The translations under genes and the position numbers were made by a program. Of a stretch of DNA of 64,000 nt, positions 40,270 to 54,075 are shown in pieces. The DNA comes from Hydrolagus affinis (Eukaryota). Location: contig JAAILG010000227.1 in the NCBI GenBank assembly GCA_012026655.1, forward strand, positions 1 to 64,000, given 5' to 3'. The stretch's first letter is position 1. Each line of letters begins with the position of its first letter. Under the pieces are notes generated by a model. It had not been told where the DNA came from, did no database searches, and saw only the letters and a program-made list of their open reading frames with translations.

Positions 40270-42667
40270 GTAAGTAATTGGTGTTGTTTTTTTGGGGGAT
40301 GTATTTTATTGCAGATTCATTCCAAGTGAACATAATTTTAGATATGCCTGATTGGTGCAATGGTTGAAAAGATCTTAGTGAATAATGCTGACCTAGCTGG
40401 TCTAAAAGGTATGAATATTGGCAATTTTATTTGAGAAGCATCTTTAAAGTAGGATAGCAACTGGAATAAATCTGGGATAATACTTTCAGATACATCACTA
40501 TTGACAAAGTGATCATATGTTCAGGATTGTGAAGAACAATTTGAGGACTAATGTCGGGAAGCATTTTTGTATACAGAGGGATATCAACAGCTCAAATTTG
40601 TTTGCGGGAAATGTAGCTGAAGTCAGGAAACTGCTAGCTCTGGTTTAAAAGCTAGTTTGATGCTGTAATGGGACAACTGTATGGTTAGTATTTCTGAAAG
40701 ACTGAGATCAAATAGCCAGAATCTCTGTGGAGGTGGAACATCAAAGCAGTGAGGGGGAGATATTTCTATATTGGTTCATGGACTAATGTCACACTGCCAT
40801 GAAGTTGTGTGAAACAATTGTTGGGTTTTTGAATGAGTAATGATGTTCTTGAACAAAAAAAAATACTGGCAGAGCTGACTTAATCACAGGACACAAAGTA
40901 CAACTGATATTAGTTCACAAGTACTTCATGCCATTCCAGCATCTTGGGATGTCCTCCTGACAGGCGCTATATAGGTGTAATTTTGTTGTTGTATCAAGAG
41001 TTGAATAGAAACAGCCAATGTTGGACTCAATGTGGAACATTAAGATTTCAAGCTGTGGTGTTTTGCCAGGAACATCTTCTACATTTGGTGTCAGCTTTGC
41101 TGAGTTGGTAGAACTCACTTCAGGATCAGAAGTATGTGGATATTTTGAGATCATAGTCCAGGCTGATACTCAGCGTGCATTTCTAGGGAGTGCACTACAA
41201 GGTCAGAGATTTGGGCAGCCTATTCTGGTGGATGTTAAAATTCTTTATGCATAATTTACATAAAGAGAAACGAGTTTCTCCCAGTATCCAGGCCATAATC
41301 AGGAAAATTAAAATGGTTTAATGCATCCTATGTTTTTTGTCTGATATAATCCCTCAATTAGGAAGATTGCATAAATAATGTGATGAATGTTTTTGCATTC
41401 AAGCTATTTGGAAAGGTGGCCCCTTGGTAAAAAGTATGTTTGCCTTGCTTCAATGAACCAAAACCCCAAAGGCAGGAAATACTCACCTGATAACATGATC
41501 TATCACCTGAGATATAACATGAAGTGGATGCCAGCTCTATTCTCTTCTGACTTCTGAAATAGATGAGACACAACACTCAGCCAATACTAGCAGCAAATTG
41601 TGATGGACAAACACAGTGCTGCCTGTGGGAGAGCAGGATTTCATACTCCCAAAACAGTGTGTGCTGTTTGCTTGCCAATTCCATTGTTCCTGTATTCTCT
41701 GCTTTGATTTGGTTGTACAATTGTTCTTTGGGATCATTGATGGAACACCCTGCTTCAGATTGAGAATTATATAGCATTAAGATAGAAAAATATTACAACA
41801 TAAGAAATTAAACAACAGAAACACAGAGTGATATCCATATTGTTCACCAACACAGTAAATACATCATATAAATCTTCTGTAATTTTTAAACTGCAGTTTC
41901 ACGAGAATGCTAATTTGTAAATAGTGCCATTTTACTCTTATTTTCAGTGCCTCTATTTTCTGTGTAACCATCTTCCCTTACTGAGAATAATTCAAAACTA
42001 TTCTTCTACATAACCCCACTTGTGCTAAACTATTAGTGGAATTGTATGACCTATATTGCACAGTTTTCATTGAATATGTACCGTTCTCTGAGTCACAGTA
42101 GCATCCCTACGAGGAACTAGTCATGAACTGTGAAAATCCAGAATTGGAAATACTTTTGCAGTTACAAATGCCCCATATACATTGAAACATTGCAAATCTT
42201 CTGAATTACCAGAGGGTTACAGCTTGCTTCTACTGCTTGGCTCAGAAATTCCAAGGCAATTCGTTCAATCTTACAACTCCAAATCTAAGAGAAAATGAAA
42301 AAACTTAAAATATGGTGGATTACTGTTCTAGGCAGCAATGTAGGTTATGCATTGGATCTCCTGGCATTTTCTGATAGGAATGGAAGCCTTCATGAGTCAT
42401 ATACAATTTGAAGTCTGTATGCAGTGATTGAGGGAGGTAGTGTAACACCCAACATCATTTTCATCCTTTCTAAAGCCAATCTTGAAGATGGACAGATGCA
42501 GTCATGTTGCGATTGTCATTTTACCTAGCCTTTGCGTGACCTGTATAAAATGAGTATTTCCAATGACCGAGGCAGAAGGTCCTTGTGAGTCAACCAATGA
42601 AAACGTTTGCTTAACCCTGCTGTGTGCATTGTGCTTTCCTAACTGCGCTGTTAATGTTACCCCGCAG

Positions 42668-42739
42668 ACATCTCCATAACAATAGAATTCACTCCCTGGG
42701 AAAGAAATGCTTTGATGGACTCCACAGCCTGGAAACCTT
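42668..42739 (+). CDS. LGR5: LGR5 exon 6 (LRR)
   Basis: ccgcag acceptor, 72 nt, gtaagt donor; HLHNNRIHSLGKKCFDGLHSLETL. Confidence 0.97.
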
Positions 42740-43802
42740 GTAAGTTGACCTCTGATTTGTTTCCCTTTTGAATGTTTTCAAAGCATAAAAATAAGTTGAA
42801 ATGCAGATAAAAGACTCAAAGAACACAGGAGGATCAAAATATCTTTTTTTCAATAGTGAAACAAAGGCACTAACTCTTTTTCTAAGAGAAATCTTGGGTT
42901 TACATTTCAAAATGCACAACATGCTAACAGTAGTTTTACCGAGCATGTAGTGAACCGTACAAACCAGGAAGGTACCAGGTTTCATACTCAAGTTTGATTC
43001 TCAGTGTATGCTGAATTAGGAATGTATTGGAATGAGAAAACTATCCATAAAGTTAGCTTCTTCCATGTTCAATACCAAACAATAAAAATATATCATTTGC
43101 ATTTGATATTGTACCTAGAATTTTGAAATGTACCAAAGCACGTCACAGATAATCTCTGTCACATATAGTGGCTGTGTGCGAATTGTCAAGCCTCAATTAT
43201 TATGCACAAGACAACCCAGTCCACTCTATGACCAGTGGGAATATGTAATATAAATACACTATGAACCCCAAGCTAATGATACACATACTCCAATATATTC
43301 ATCTATCCCCATTACTTAGGCCTGGTCTCCCTTTCCATATATAATATCCCATTTGCACCTTTATCCAGCCCCAGAAATACAGAAGTAACAATGTTCCACA
43401 GAATCTTTGTCCATATCAATCACACATCCTGCAATGAGAATGTCTAATGAAGCAGCTTCCCATCTAGTACTTAATTGACAAAAGGCCAGTTCTCTTTTTT
43501 GGACTCCACATCTCCACTGCTATGCTCTTATGATCAAAGTTACATAGTCCAGCAACATTTATATTTTCTATGCTTAACATCACTTTGAAGAGTCAGATCA
43601 CATCCCAATTCAAAATGCTTTTCATTCTAATCAGAACAAAATTCTGTTCTGCGAACACCCTTAAAACTTAGAGCTCCAGGTTCTGCTTATCTCAGCTGGG
43701 CTAATACAATAGTTGGTGCACTAAAATTAGCCTCAGTGCTCCAGGGTATAGAGGGGGATTCCAGACAAGGTTTCCAACCCTTATCACTTTTCAATCCACA
43801 CA

Positions 43803-43846
43803 AACACACACACACATATATATATATATAATATATATATATATAT
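43803..43846. repeat. (CA)n(TA)n compound microsatellite
   Basis: Direct reading. Confidence 0.9.
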
Positions 43847-45274
43847 TTGAGATAAGTAGCTTGCCAGCACTCACTGCCAGAGTTGTTTGGTTGTTGAGCG
43901 ACAAATGAAACTTTACCCCAAGAAGAAAGAAAAAGGAAAATAACACAATTTTCAGAGAAGAAGAGGGGAAATGATTGGCACGGTAGACACAAAAAGAAAA
44001 TAACTCTAAATCTAGTTGTAAAACAAGAATTTATCATAAATTTAGAATAGATATAAAATAATGATACCATATGTATTCAATAGTTTTATGATATTTAGTT
44101 GGTTCCCTCCTTACAGATTACATAGTTGCCAATAATTCAATGTTCAAAGCCTAAATCTCACCACTTTTAAGGCCCCTGGTTGTAATTTGGTGCGGAATAT
44201 TTTATGACCGGGGCTTAAACTATTTGTGCAATATCTGAGCGTGCCAAAAACTGCACAGCTTCTTATAGTTTGGGTTCAGAATGTGTTCCAGAGACCTTTC
44301 TACAACCATAATTAAAAACAACTGGAAATCTCTTAGAATGCCCATTAAGTAAACAACCTGATCCCCCCGCCCACTCCCCAATAAAAAAAACAGCTTTATG
44401 TAAGCATTGATAGACTTGCTTGTGAATATTAAAGTAGAAATATTGACATCCATAGCTGGAAACTGGAGTGCATTGCCCATTAAATAATTAAAAAAAACTA
44501 TTTCTGTCTCTCATCCTTCCTCTCAATAAACAGAAGTCTGTACGAGTCAGTGCCTTGTTGGCCTGTGAGCAGGCTGAGCAGCAGCCAGAAAACATGAGGG
44601 TCTCTTTCTTGGAAAACAGCATTAAACCAGCATTAAGCGCTTCGGAACACTACCCCATGTGAAAAGCATATATAAATCCAGGTTGTTGTTGTTGTTGGCA
44701 TTAGCACTTCCAGAGGTAGCAAGACCACTTTACTGTATGAGGGTAATATCAATAAAGCAAATAGGCTTTAATTCAACAAACAATACTATTTAACACCAAA
44801 TGATCAGTTATTTTCAGTTCTTTTTGAAATGTTAATGCTGATTGTTTTTAAATAAAAAGGCAAACAGAAAAAATCTTCTTTAAATTACTTGCTATTTCAT
44901 TGACTGCCAAGCCCACACCAATCCTCACCGGCTCAAAATGGGTTTGTAGGTGCATTTAAACACTGTTATTTCATTTCAGTTCAAGTCTTGCATGTTATTT
45001 ACAAACAGAGTAGGCAAATGCGGTTTGTCTCCTCTCTATAAAATGATTGTTTGATCCGTTAAAGGTGACAATGGTTTGCTTAATGCAAAAATGTTTAAAA
45101 AGGAACAATTTTAATTAATTTCAAAATATTTTATTTGTTTTAATCTTCTTGAAATTTCCCATAATGCCTGCCAGAGGTATTAAATATGTGTTAATGAATT
45201 TTCAGAAGGTAAACCACTCGGAACTTGTTTGCATGGATTTGTAATGTAACAAAGGTGTATTCTGATATTGAATG

Positions 45275-45882
45275 CAACAACACCAAAACTACATTTGTGT
45301 AGCAAATTTCACGTCAGGAGGATGTCCCAAGGCACTAGACAGTCAATATTTCAGACCCAAAATGTAGTTGGTAACAGGGAGGGTGGAAGGAAGGGGGGAA
45401 CCGATTGCATGGTCAAAGAGGAGGGTCTTGAGGTGAGACTTGAAGGAGGTTAGGGAGGGGATGAGGTGGAGGGATTACAGGATGGAATTCCAAAGATTAG
45501 GAACAGAGTGGCTGAAGGCTTGACTGCCGATGATGGGGTGGGTAGGTTGGGGGATGTGGAGCAGGCATAGCCCACTGAGTGGAGGGAATGGACAGGTTGG
45601 TAGGGGGTTAGTAGGTCGCAGAGCTAGTGTGGGCCAAGGCCATGGTGGCCTTTGAAGGTGAGGAACAGGATCTTAAATTGAATCCTCTAAGTGACGCGAA
45701 GCCAATGGAATCGGGCGAGAATGGAGGTGGTAAGTTTGCAGAGCCTGGTGCGGGAGAGGACATGGGCTGCAGAGTTCTGGATAATCTGCAGCCTATGGAG
45801 GAAGGAATTGGGAAGGCTGACAAGCAGGGAGTTGGCATAGTTGAGCCTGGACGTAATGAAGGCATGAATGAGAGTTTCACTG
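45275..45882 (-). mobile_element. L2-clade LINE 3' fragment (about 600 bp)
   Basis: Minus frame ETLIHAFITSRLNYANSLLVSLPNSFLHRLQIIQNSAAHVLSRTRLCKLTTSILARFHWLRVT*RIQFKILFLTFKGHHGLGP, typical of the L2 ORF2 C-terminus. Confidence 0.9.
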
Positions 45883-45938
45883 AGTCATATGTTTAGATTT
45901 TTCATACTTGTTAACTGAAGATCTACTTTTTTATTTAG

Positions 45939-46007
45939 AGATTTGAACTACAACAATCTAGATGAATTTCCTATCGCTATAAGGGCACTGACAAACCTCA
46001 AAGAGCT
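45939..46007 (+). CDS. LGR5: LGR5 exon 7 (LRR)
   Basis: atttag acceptor, 69 nt, gtaagt donor; DLNYNNLDEFPIAIRALTNLKEL. Confidence 0.96.
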
Positions 46008-46854
46008 GTAAGTACCAATTGACATAAATGTAGGACTGGACAGATAGGTTGCAATAGTGTTTTCCGGTCCTGTATGTTTCTATATATAAGATTGCAAATC
46101 AGTAAGAAATACAGTTATAATAAAATAATACGCATTTGAAATTTATATAGCAGGTTTCAAATAAAAGAATATATAAAAGCGATTCACAAAGTGAAAATGT
46201 TTAGAAATGTTATCATCTAGGCAAACTGCAATAGCTAATTTGTACAAGCAACGTCCCATAGATGTCAATGAGATATGTAGTCAATCTGATCCAAATTCTT
46301 TGAAATGAATTCAGATGAAGGAGGAAGAAACTTAAGTGCATAATGTCATTTAAGATCCACTTGAATCACAAGGTTTAAGAACTCATTGAAAAAGTGAATA
46401 AATAATTACACACTCCTGCAAAAAATAACTAATAATGCATTTAATATGGCATCTTATCATATCAAACTATCACAAATGCCCATAGTGTGTAACAGTTTTA
46501 TTTTTGAATGTTGTTTTATATGAGCAAACGTAGAAATTATTCTCTGTATACTAAGTTAATACATTTATTGTTTCTACTCAATGCAGAAATATTTTTTCAA
46601 GGGGTGCTTGTTCCTTTAGGATTAGTTGAGATCTCCGAGTGAAACTGTACCATTCCACTACCCTATATAGTTTTCTCTTTTTCATCTCAATGTTTCTCCT
46701 TTATCTCTTAAATATGCTGACTCCTCTAGGGCAGCAGTTCCATAAACATTACCTATAGTACAGTACCTTGCCTCATGGCTATTGCATGTGTCAGCAGCCG
46801 TAGGCACTGTTCTGCTGCCCGGGGCCATCACAGCTTTGCTTGATTCCATCTCTC

Positions 46855-47060
46855 TTTGATGTGCACACAGCAAATCCCCCAGTAAGGGTCACTGGATCAG
46901 AAAGCCCAGCTCAGTTTTTCCTCCCTAAATAAGGGATGCAGAAGCTAAGTGGTGCCCTGTCTGAGATCATCAAACTCAGCACAAACAAGGAATTGAACCT
47001 GTGACCTCTGGTCTCTATGACTTAGTGCTCCACCAGCCCTGTACCCATTCAGCCATCAAG
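46855..47060 (-). mobile_element. AmnSINE2-like SINE, 5' half
   Basis: Minus strand gaccagaggtcacaggttcaattcc...gctgagtttgatgatctcag...atccagtgaccctt. Confidence 0.65.
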
Positions 47061-48850
47061 AACATTCCCCACCCTCCTTAGCTATTCATAATCTAGATAC
47101 ATGCACAACAGTCATTTGCTTGAGGTCCTAGACGTTTGTGAGAAAATTGGGGTAGGGGAGAGAAAGATAAATAAATTTTACTCGCAGTTATATCCGATTG
47201 TGTGAACCCAGAAGGGCCTTGGAATATTATAAGACAAAATTGTATGGAAATCAGGGCCTCTCACCACTGGAATTAATTGCAGGAATTTTATTCTACAGTA
47301 TGTCATGAAAAAGGCAATCTCAAGGGAACTTCCCTTAATGCATGAAACTCCAAAGTTGGCATCTTTCAAAGCCAAGATTCATTGAGCCTTCAGTACATTT
47401 GGCCTCTAGGGTCTTGTTATCTGATACACCTATGGGAACCTTGGGTGATGGGGTCAATTTAAAAAAGTAAAAGAAACCAATTAAATGTCATAGCATCCAA
47501 AGGATCCAATACATCTGCTGACCTCTCCAATGAGAGACTCACATTTGTCAATCCTCTGCTTGCCCAAAGCAGACATAAGTTGGACTGAACTGAATTGGTG
47601 CATGTTGATAATATAATGTAGATTCTAGCTGCAAAATTATTAGTTTGCAGGAATGCAATTGGTACAGCAGTTGACATGGAACCCAACCCCTGACCTTAAA
47701 TTTGTCATTTTGGTCAGTGGATTGGATCAAAAAAGACAGGAAGGGGCATAGCTGATTTTGTTTTGTCAATAATAATAATAATAAACCTTGCATTTGATAT
47801 AGTGCTTTTCACATCTTCTAGACATCTCAAAGCGCTTCACAGTATATACAGTAAAGTGAAAAGACTGTATGTGGGTGAAACAATGTATGTATATATCTGT
47901 ATGTATACAAAATATGTATGTGTGTCAAGTTAAGCACACTGAAATATTTGGATTGTTTCACAAGCACAAGTAGACAGACCCTGAATTTATTTATAATCAT
48001 CCGTGTGAAAGCGCAGCTATGTAACAGAAGGGCCTGAATTAGCGTCAATTTAACGTTTCAGGCCTTTATCCCTTTATCAGTTCCCTTAATTTCTCGAGAA
48101 TCATTTTCTTTGACATTCCCCGCAAAAGGATTACAGTGTACTTGCACACTTTGGAATCCTACTGAATGGAAAAGCCTCACAGGTAATCGCTTGCACCAGG
48201 GACAATAGAAAAGGATTTCCTGCCACTTCTAAGAATATTAAGCAAGCACTTGTACAAATCAGGTGGTTTGTTAATATATGGGAGAAATGTAAAGGTCTGA
48301 GAATTGAAAGTTCATTTGTGGTGCATTGCCCTCTCATACAACAACAAACAAACATGAGAAAATGGGGGGAACCTCAAAAATTGCTGAACCAACAATTTTA
48401 ATGGGATTAATTTTTGAAGAAAGTCAGGAGGGAGTCTTTCCAGTAACTGAACGCCATTCGCACAGAGTGTGGATCGCATGGATTGCTGCTCAAAAAGTGA
48501 GTTGTTAGTCAACAGTTCCTGTGAATTGATAGCTCCCTTAATTTAGCAGAAGTTGCTGCATAACAGTCCCCAGAATCTTATTTGTCATACTGTAGGTAAT
48601 ATGGCCATTACAAATTGTGATGGGAAAAATGCTGTGATTACCGAGGGATACTGTACAAGGTATTAGTTGTAGCTAGATTTGCACTTGATGACACAATGCA
48701 TTCTTAAAGGGCTAAGCACCCAACTAAAGGTTTTACTTCCTATGTTTGCTCACCAGTTCTCAGCATTACCGTGAAAGAAAGCAACAATGATTCCAATGTA
48801 AGATTGTGACTTATTTGATGTTGTTATTTATTTCATGTTAATTATTTTAG

Positions 48851-48922
48851 GGGCTTCCACAGCAACAACATCCAATTGATTCCTAAGCAAGCGTTTGTTG
48901 GTAATCCATCACTGCTAACAAT
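48851..48922 (+). CDS. LGR5: LGR5 exon 8 (LRR)
   Basis: ttttag acceptor, 72 nt, gtaagt donor; GFHSNNIQLIPKQAFVGNPSLLTI. Confidence 0.96.
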
Positions 48923-49539
48923 GTAAGTTTTTTTTTCATAGTTCACTTCTGTATAATGCACCATGCAGTTTTCTGTAAATTCAATGCCTCTGTCTTCCAT
49001 TTAGTAAATTCTATATTTAGCTAGCTCCTTTCATAACTAGCCAAATTAAATTGTTTTCCAGCATGGTGACAAATAAAATGAATTACATCTTTGGTTGATA
49101 AAGTATAATTAATTCCCTAAGGTTGGTATGTTGGGAGAAATGCACTTCAGAAGAGTTTTATGCCATTTTCACTAAAACTTTACCATCTCATCATTTTTTA
49201 ATTAAAATTGAAAGGAATAGTGCAAGATATATCCTGCCCAACTATTATTTTAGTTTGATGGCTGGGGCAAGGGGGATGGGTCTCCTGCTGCAACAAACTC
49301 CTGCTGAAAGTACCAAAGGTGGAATTTATAGGCATACATTCAGTTTACTCAACAGTGGAAGCATATGAAACAAAACTTTGTAAAACTGGGGCAGATAAAA
49401 CATTACTGATAAACATTAATAACAAGCACTGAACTAAAAATGTTAGTAAAGAGACAGGGGCAACTGGCTCTTTTAACACTTACAACCAAGATCTGGTTCG
49501 AACATTTGTTGGAATATGCTGCAGTATTGCCACATTAAT

Positions 49540-49765
49540 ACCTACAATTAATTGATCAGGTTCCCTCTCCCGGTGACTATGCTTTTGCTCCTGTTGAAAG
49601 TGTGCAGGTGTGGACATGAGGTGATGCAGAGGTCGGGTGATTACAGAATTGAACATGGCTCTAACAGCCTTTATGGTACAATAGTACGAGGCTTACACTT
49701 CAAAAATGACAACTTGTATGAGGTACTTTAGGCCAGCCAAAACTGAGTCACTGCCTTCAGGAGCA
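49540..49765 (+). mobile_element. AmnSINE2-like SINE, 3' part
   Basis: cctgttgaaagtgtgcaggtgtggacat...gagtcactgccttcaggag, matching 52600-53090. Confidence 0.6.
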
Positions 49766-50100
49766 AATGTTAAACGGGGAAAAAATATTTCCCTGGCAAT
49801 GTTTTTCGATTATCTTGTCTCACATTTTCTTCCTGCATGACATATAGTCAGACCTGAGGCCTGAATTTCCATCTAGCCTTAGGGTGTTAGATGGCTGGGT
49901 CAAAATTTACTATAGCCAAGATATGGTAGAGAATTCTTAAAAGAGGTTAAATTTGGAAACCAGTTCCTCTTAAGAACCACAGAAAATCCGTTTCCAAATT
50001 AAGATTGAATTCAAGGAATTTTCATGACCTTGAATTTTAAAACAAAATGGTCATGCAGGGCTACAACTAGGTAGAATTTTGGCACTCACACTCTTTAGTC

Positions 50101-50189
50101 CAGGGACGTCAAACTTGTGGCCTATTCCACATTACGTATAGATAAAATAGTCAAGGAGGCTGCAATGGCCCAGAAGTTGGCCGTCCCTA
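50101..50189. mobile_element. hAT (Charlie-like) MITE, 89 bp
   Basis: TIRs cagggacgtcaaactt / aagttggccgtcccta; 8-bp TSD ctttagtc / ctttagac. Confidence 0.8.
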
Positions 50190-50739
50190 CTTTAGACTGT
50201 AAAACATTATAAACAGTACAATAAGATCAACATTTATTGGGAATTGGGATGGCAGAATTATAGTACAGTACTAGCCCACTTTGGGCTGAGATTTGGGAAC
50301 ATGTAGTGCAGAATTAATCCTTCAAGTGTTGCTACTTTGAGTTTGCCCTTTGCCTGACAGCAGCTGACAAGGATGCTGCATTCTTCCTCACTCAGAGGCA
50401 AAATATCGCTCTGGTCACAATGTTGCCCAGGCAATCTTCCATCGTGAGGTTTCGATTTGGTGTTTCGTGAAAACAATTATTCTCTCTTTTCAAACCGAGG
50501 GCTGTGAGCAGAAAGAATTATCTGTGAGATAAATGGTGGGAGTCTAATTTGAAAATCTATAGAAAGTGAATTCAAATAATGTAATGAAAACAAATGCACA
50601 GAGAGAATCAGGAAAATGGGAGAATACCAATGTTTTTCAAAAAAATTCTGTAATCATTTAATGGGCTACAATTGTAGCAACAGAGCTTTTCCTACCATGT
50701 TGAGGTCCTTTTTACAGCAATACTAGTACTTTTTGTTTA

Positions 50740-51115
50740 GAAATAATAATCTTAGTACTGTATTTGATGTATCGTCAAATTTCGACGATGTGCTTTACAG
50801 GATTTCCTATAAAGTGCAATGACTGTGTATTTGTGGGCAAGCGTGGCAGTCAATTTGCACACAACAAAGTTCCACAGCAACCATGAAGTGAACAACTAAT
50901 TATACCTGCGAATTGATGGCAAGGTCACTGGGAGAAACTCTTTTATAGGAACTTTAATGTCCACCTGAACAGGCAGCTGGGGCCTTGGTTTAATGTCTCA
51001 TCTGAAGGGTGCTCTGGAATGTTATCCTAGGCTGTATGAGCTCAAATTCTGGCATGCAGCTTGAACCCACAACCTTCTGACAAAGAGATAAGAATGCTTT
51101 CAACTGAGCCAGGCT
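50740..51115 (-). mobile_element. Deu-domain SINE with tRNA-like head
   Basis: ggcagtcaatttgcacac...tttaatgtccacctgaacaggcag...ggtttaatgtctcatctgaa...ttgaacccacaaccttctgac...caactgagcc. Confidence 0.8.
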
Positions 51116-51548
51116 GACACCAGTAGCATAGTGTGTGAGCTGAACAAGTACAAAACTGATCAGCCAAAGAGACAAGGGTCCCTGTGGAACTGCCCACAAG
51201 GTTTAAGGCTATACCAAGTAAGCTGTTTTGTTAAATAAATGAAGCTAGTGCAGGGGCTAACAAGACAAATGAGAGTAGAGTTTCAAATATTATTGCTAAG
51301 AACGAGCCTGACTTAAGTCATACGTTTGGATACACAGTTCCTTTAAGAATTGTTGAAAGTTTTAAAGTTGCTTCAAGCACTTGCCATCTTTACCCAGTTG
51401 CCTATCTTGCCACCTGATCTAAATTGAGCAGCAGAAAGCCAGAGGTGAATTTAAAAGCTAGTGACATTAAGCTTTTGAGCTAATGAGCACCCTAGGGACG
51501 TACGATTCAATTTTGTTTTACTATGTTATTGTTATTTTCACTTTGCAG

Positions 51549-51620
51549 CCATTTCTACGACAACCCCATTCAGTTTGTTGGAAAGTCTGCCTTTCAACAT
51601 CTACCCGAATTGCATACTCT
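51549..51620 (+). CDS. LGR5: LGR5 exon 9 (LRR)
   Basis: ttgcag acceptor, 72 nt, gtaagt donor; [24 protein letters not shown]. Confidence 0.96.
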
Positions 51621-51733
51621 GTAAGTAAATCTTTAAACTTTAGCCCTCATCCAAGTGAAACCTTATGCAGGATTTATTAAGTCAATAAAGTTATATTAGG
51701 ATCTGTTTCGCTCATTTCTTTTTCTGCTTCTAG

Positions 51734-51802
51734 CTCACTTAATGGAGCTACAGAAATAACTGAATTTCTGGATCTTACTGGAACCACAAGTCTAGAAAGT
51801 CT
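51734..51802 (+). CDS. LGR5: LGR5 exon 10 (LRR)
   Basis: ttctag acceptor, 69 nt, gtaagt donor; SLNGATEITEFLDLTGTTSLESL. Confidence 0.95.
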
Positions 51803-51932
51803 GTAAGTCCTCACTTCCCCTGTATCAACTGGCACTACATCAGCTGCGTCATTGAAAGATATTTTACGGGAACATTGTAAATCTTTATCACACAAGATAT
51901 TTATGCTTAAAAATGTCTTTTGTTCCGGATAG

Positions 51933-52004
51933 GACACTGACAGGAGCACAAATAACTTCACTTCCAAGAGCTGTTTGCAAGCAGTTGCCGAACTTGCAAT
52001 TCTT
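51933..52004 (+). CDS. LGR5: LGR5 exon 11 (LRR)
   Basis: ggatag acceptor, 72 nt, gtaagt donor; TLTGAQITSLPRAVCKQLPNLQFL. Confidence 0.95.
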
Positions 52005-52599
52005 GTAAGTAATAAAAAAAACTCAACTGCTTTTAATGCATCCTGTAACTAAAACTGACACAGATCTTCAGTGTCTAAAACGTGAAAAAGTATTGGAAAC
52101 CATGCAAATTATTTCTTTACAAAATACATACGCAGTATGTTATAATGCACTTTATCATACCAGATGATTATCTACAAATACACAGTCACTACACTAAATA
52201 ACCCTATTACTGTGAACCGCATTGCAATGTTTTGACAATGTGATGAAGTGCAATATCAGATGCAAGCATTGTTATTATTATGAGGTTAAAGTCACTACAA
52301 AAGGACACATTTCACTCCTTTGATTCTTGTAATTTTCAGGCGTAAAATCGCTTGTTTCTAATCATTCCCATTCAATCTTCTGTTCCTGTCAATAGCTAAT
52401 TCAACACAAACCATGAACTGATTTGATATTCATCCCACAAACATGGAGAATATATTCAATTTGTCATCCCAATTGCTTGTTTGTTTGGGAGCGTGGGGTG
52501 GAGAAGAAAGGAATTGGGTTTGTATGGGCAAATCTGACATCAGATTTATATAAGAGTTAATATGTGACACAATGTAAATCATTAAACAGCCTTTGCAAA

Positions 52600-53090
52600 T
52601 TTGCAATGGCTTAAGTGAGTAAAGCACCACCGGTATCACATTAAGCCAATACAGATCAGGAGGTCACAAGTTCAATTCCCAGTCTGGGCTGAGTTAGTTG
52701 ATCTCAAACTGGGGCTTCTTTAGGATTCTACATCCAGGCTTAGTGCTCTCAGGCTAAGAAAAATAGGGGAAGTAGGGGAGTTGAGGGGAAGAAACAAATC
52801 AATCAGAGTTCATGTTTCTGATGAACTCTGAACAGTGATCCCTGTTGGAATCATCGGCACGTGTGGACATTGAGTGAGAACAGAGTTGAAATTGGCTTTT
52901 GATTCCTTCCATGACTGAATAATACAATACAGTATATTGATACTTGATAACTAAAATATCACCTGAGTGAGTTTAATGGGGTTTAATCATCACCCACTTC
53001 AAATAGTCACCGAGAGAGCTCCTAGTATTATATAGAACCGCAACCCCACCCCCAGCATCAATCAGGCCTTCAGGAGAGGGGAGGGTGGGA
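52600..53090 (+). mobile_element. AmnSINE2-like SINE, near full length
   Basis: tggcttaagtgagtaaagcac...acagatcaggaggtcacaagttcaattcc...gctgagttagttgatctc...cagtgatccctgttggaa...gtgtggacattgagtgagaacag...gccttcaggagagggg. Confidence 0.7.
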
Positions 53091-53864
53091 TTATATTTCT
53101 CCTCCCTCCACTCCAAAATCAACAGACTCTACAGGGAATGCTTGAACTGCTCTGATACAAAGATCAATCACAGGTATTTCTTCAAACTGATTGATCACAG
53201 AATGGATATTCCTTAACTAGTTGATGAATTTAAAAAAAGAAATATTCTCATTACTGTATTTCAATCTATAAACAAACCATTCTCATTTCCCTTCGAATAC
53301 GTATTTTAACCCATATAAGCAGAGCTAAAGTTTCAAAATGTTATTCTCAATTTCTACAAGGTTCCCACGAGTTTATTCATGCATCCATCAATTGCTTTCA
53401 GTAACTGTTAAATTGCACATCTGAAGTTATTGATGCACTTTGGCGCATTCATTTTTTGGGGGCTCCAAAACTTAAAACATTTTAATGCAGGGGTTTGGAA
53501 CTGATAAAATGACGCAAATTCAGCTAATGTGGAAAGTACATTCCTGATGCTTTATTTTGTTATAATATTCATGCGGGAAAAACCCCATTACAGGACAGAG
53601 GTCTGCATCCATAAATTCAGACCTCTGGATTAAAACGAAGTGTGAATAATTGGACAATTTCCTTGTCAAAATAATGCACATGAGTAATGTACAGTTAGTG
53701 ACTTGAGCAGTGCTTAATGTGAGTGCAAATAATGTGCAATAATCTGTAACAAACTGGAGAAGACTTCCTTGCTAAACTGGGGTGCATTCTACTGGGGTCG
53801 ACCCGTATAAAACTTATGGCAATCTGTCTCACAAGTAAATAATATTTGTGCGCATTATAGTAAT

Positions 53865-54075
53865 AATAATCACAATAATAATGCTTGCATTTGATATAGT
53901 CCTTATCAAGTCTTTGAGGCATCTCAGAGCTCTTCACAGCATATACTGTGAAACAGCATATGATGTAAAGTGAATTGAATGTATATATTGTGAGCTGGAC
54001 GTGGCAGCCAATTGTAGACAGCCGTGTCCCACAAACAGTCGTAAATTGACGTGACTAATTTATCATTATTTATTT
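53865..54075 (-). mobile_element. SINE 3' part (same tail family; other copies near 20410, 47770, 55975, 57600, 59900)
   Basis: cttgcatttgatatag...ggcagccaattg...tcccacaaacag. Confidence 0.8.
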
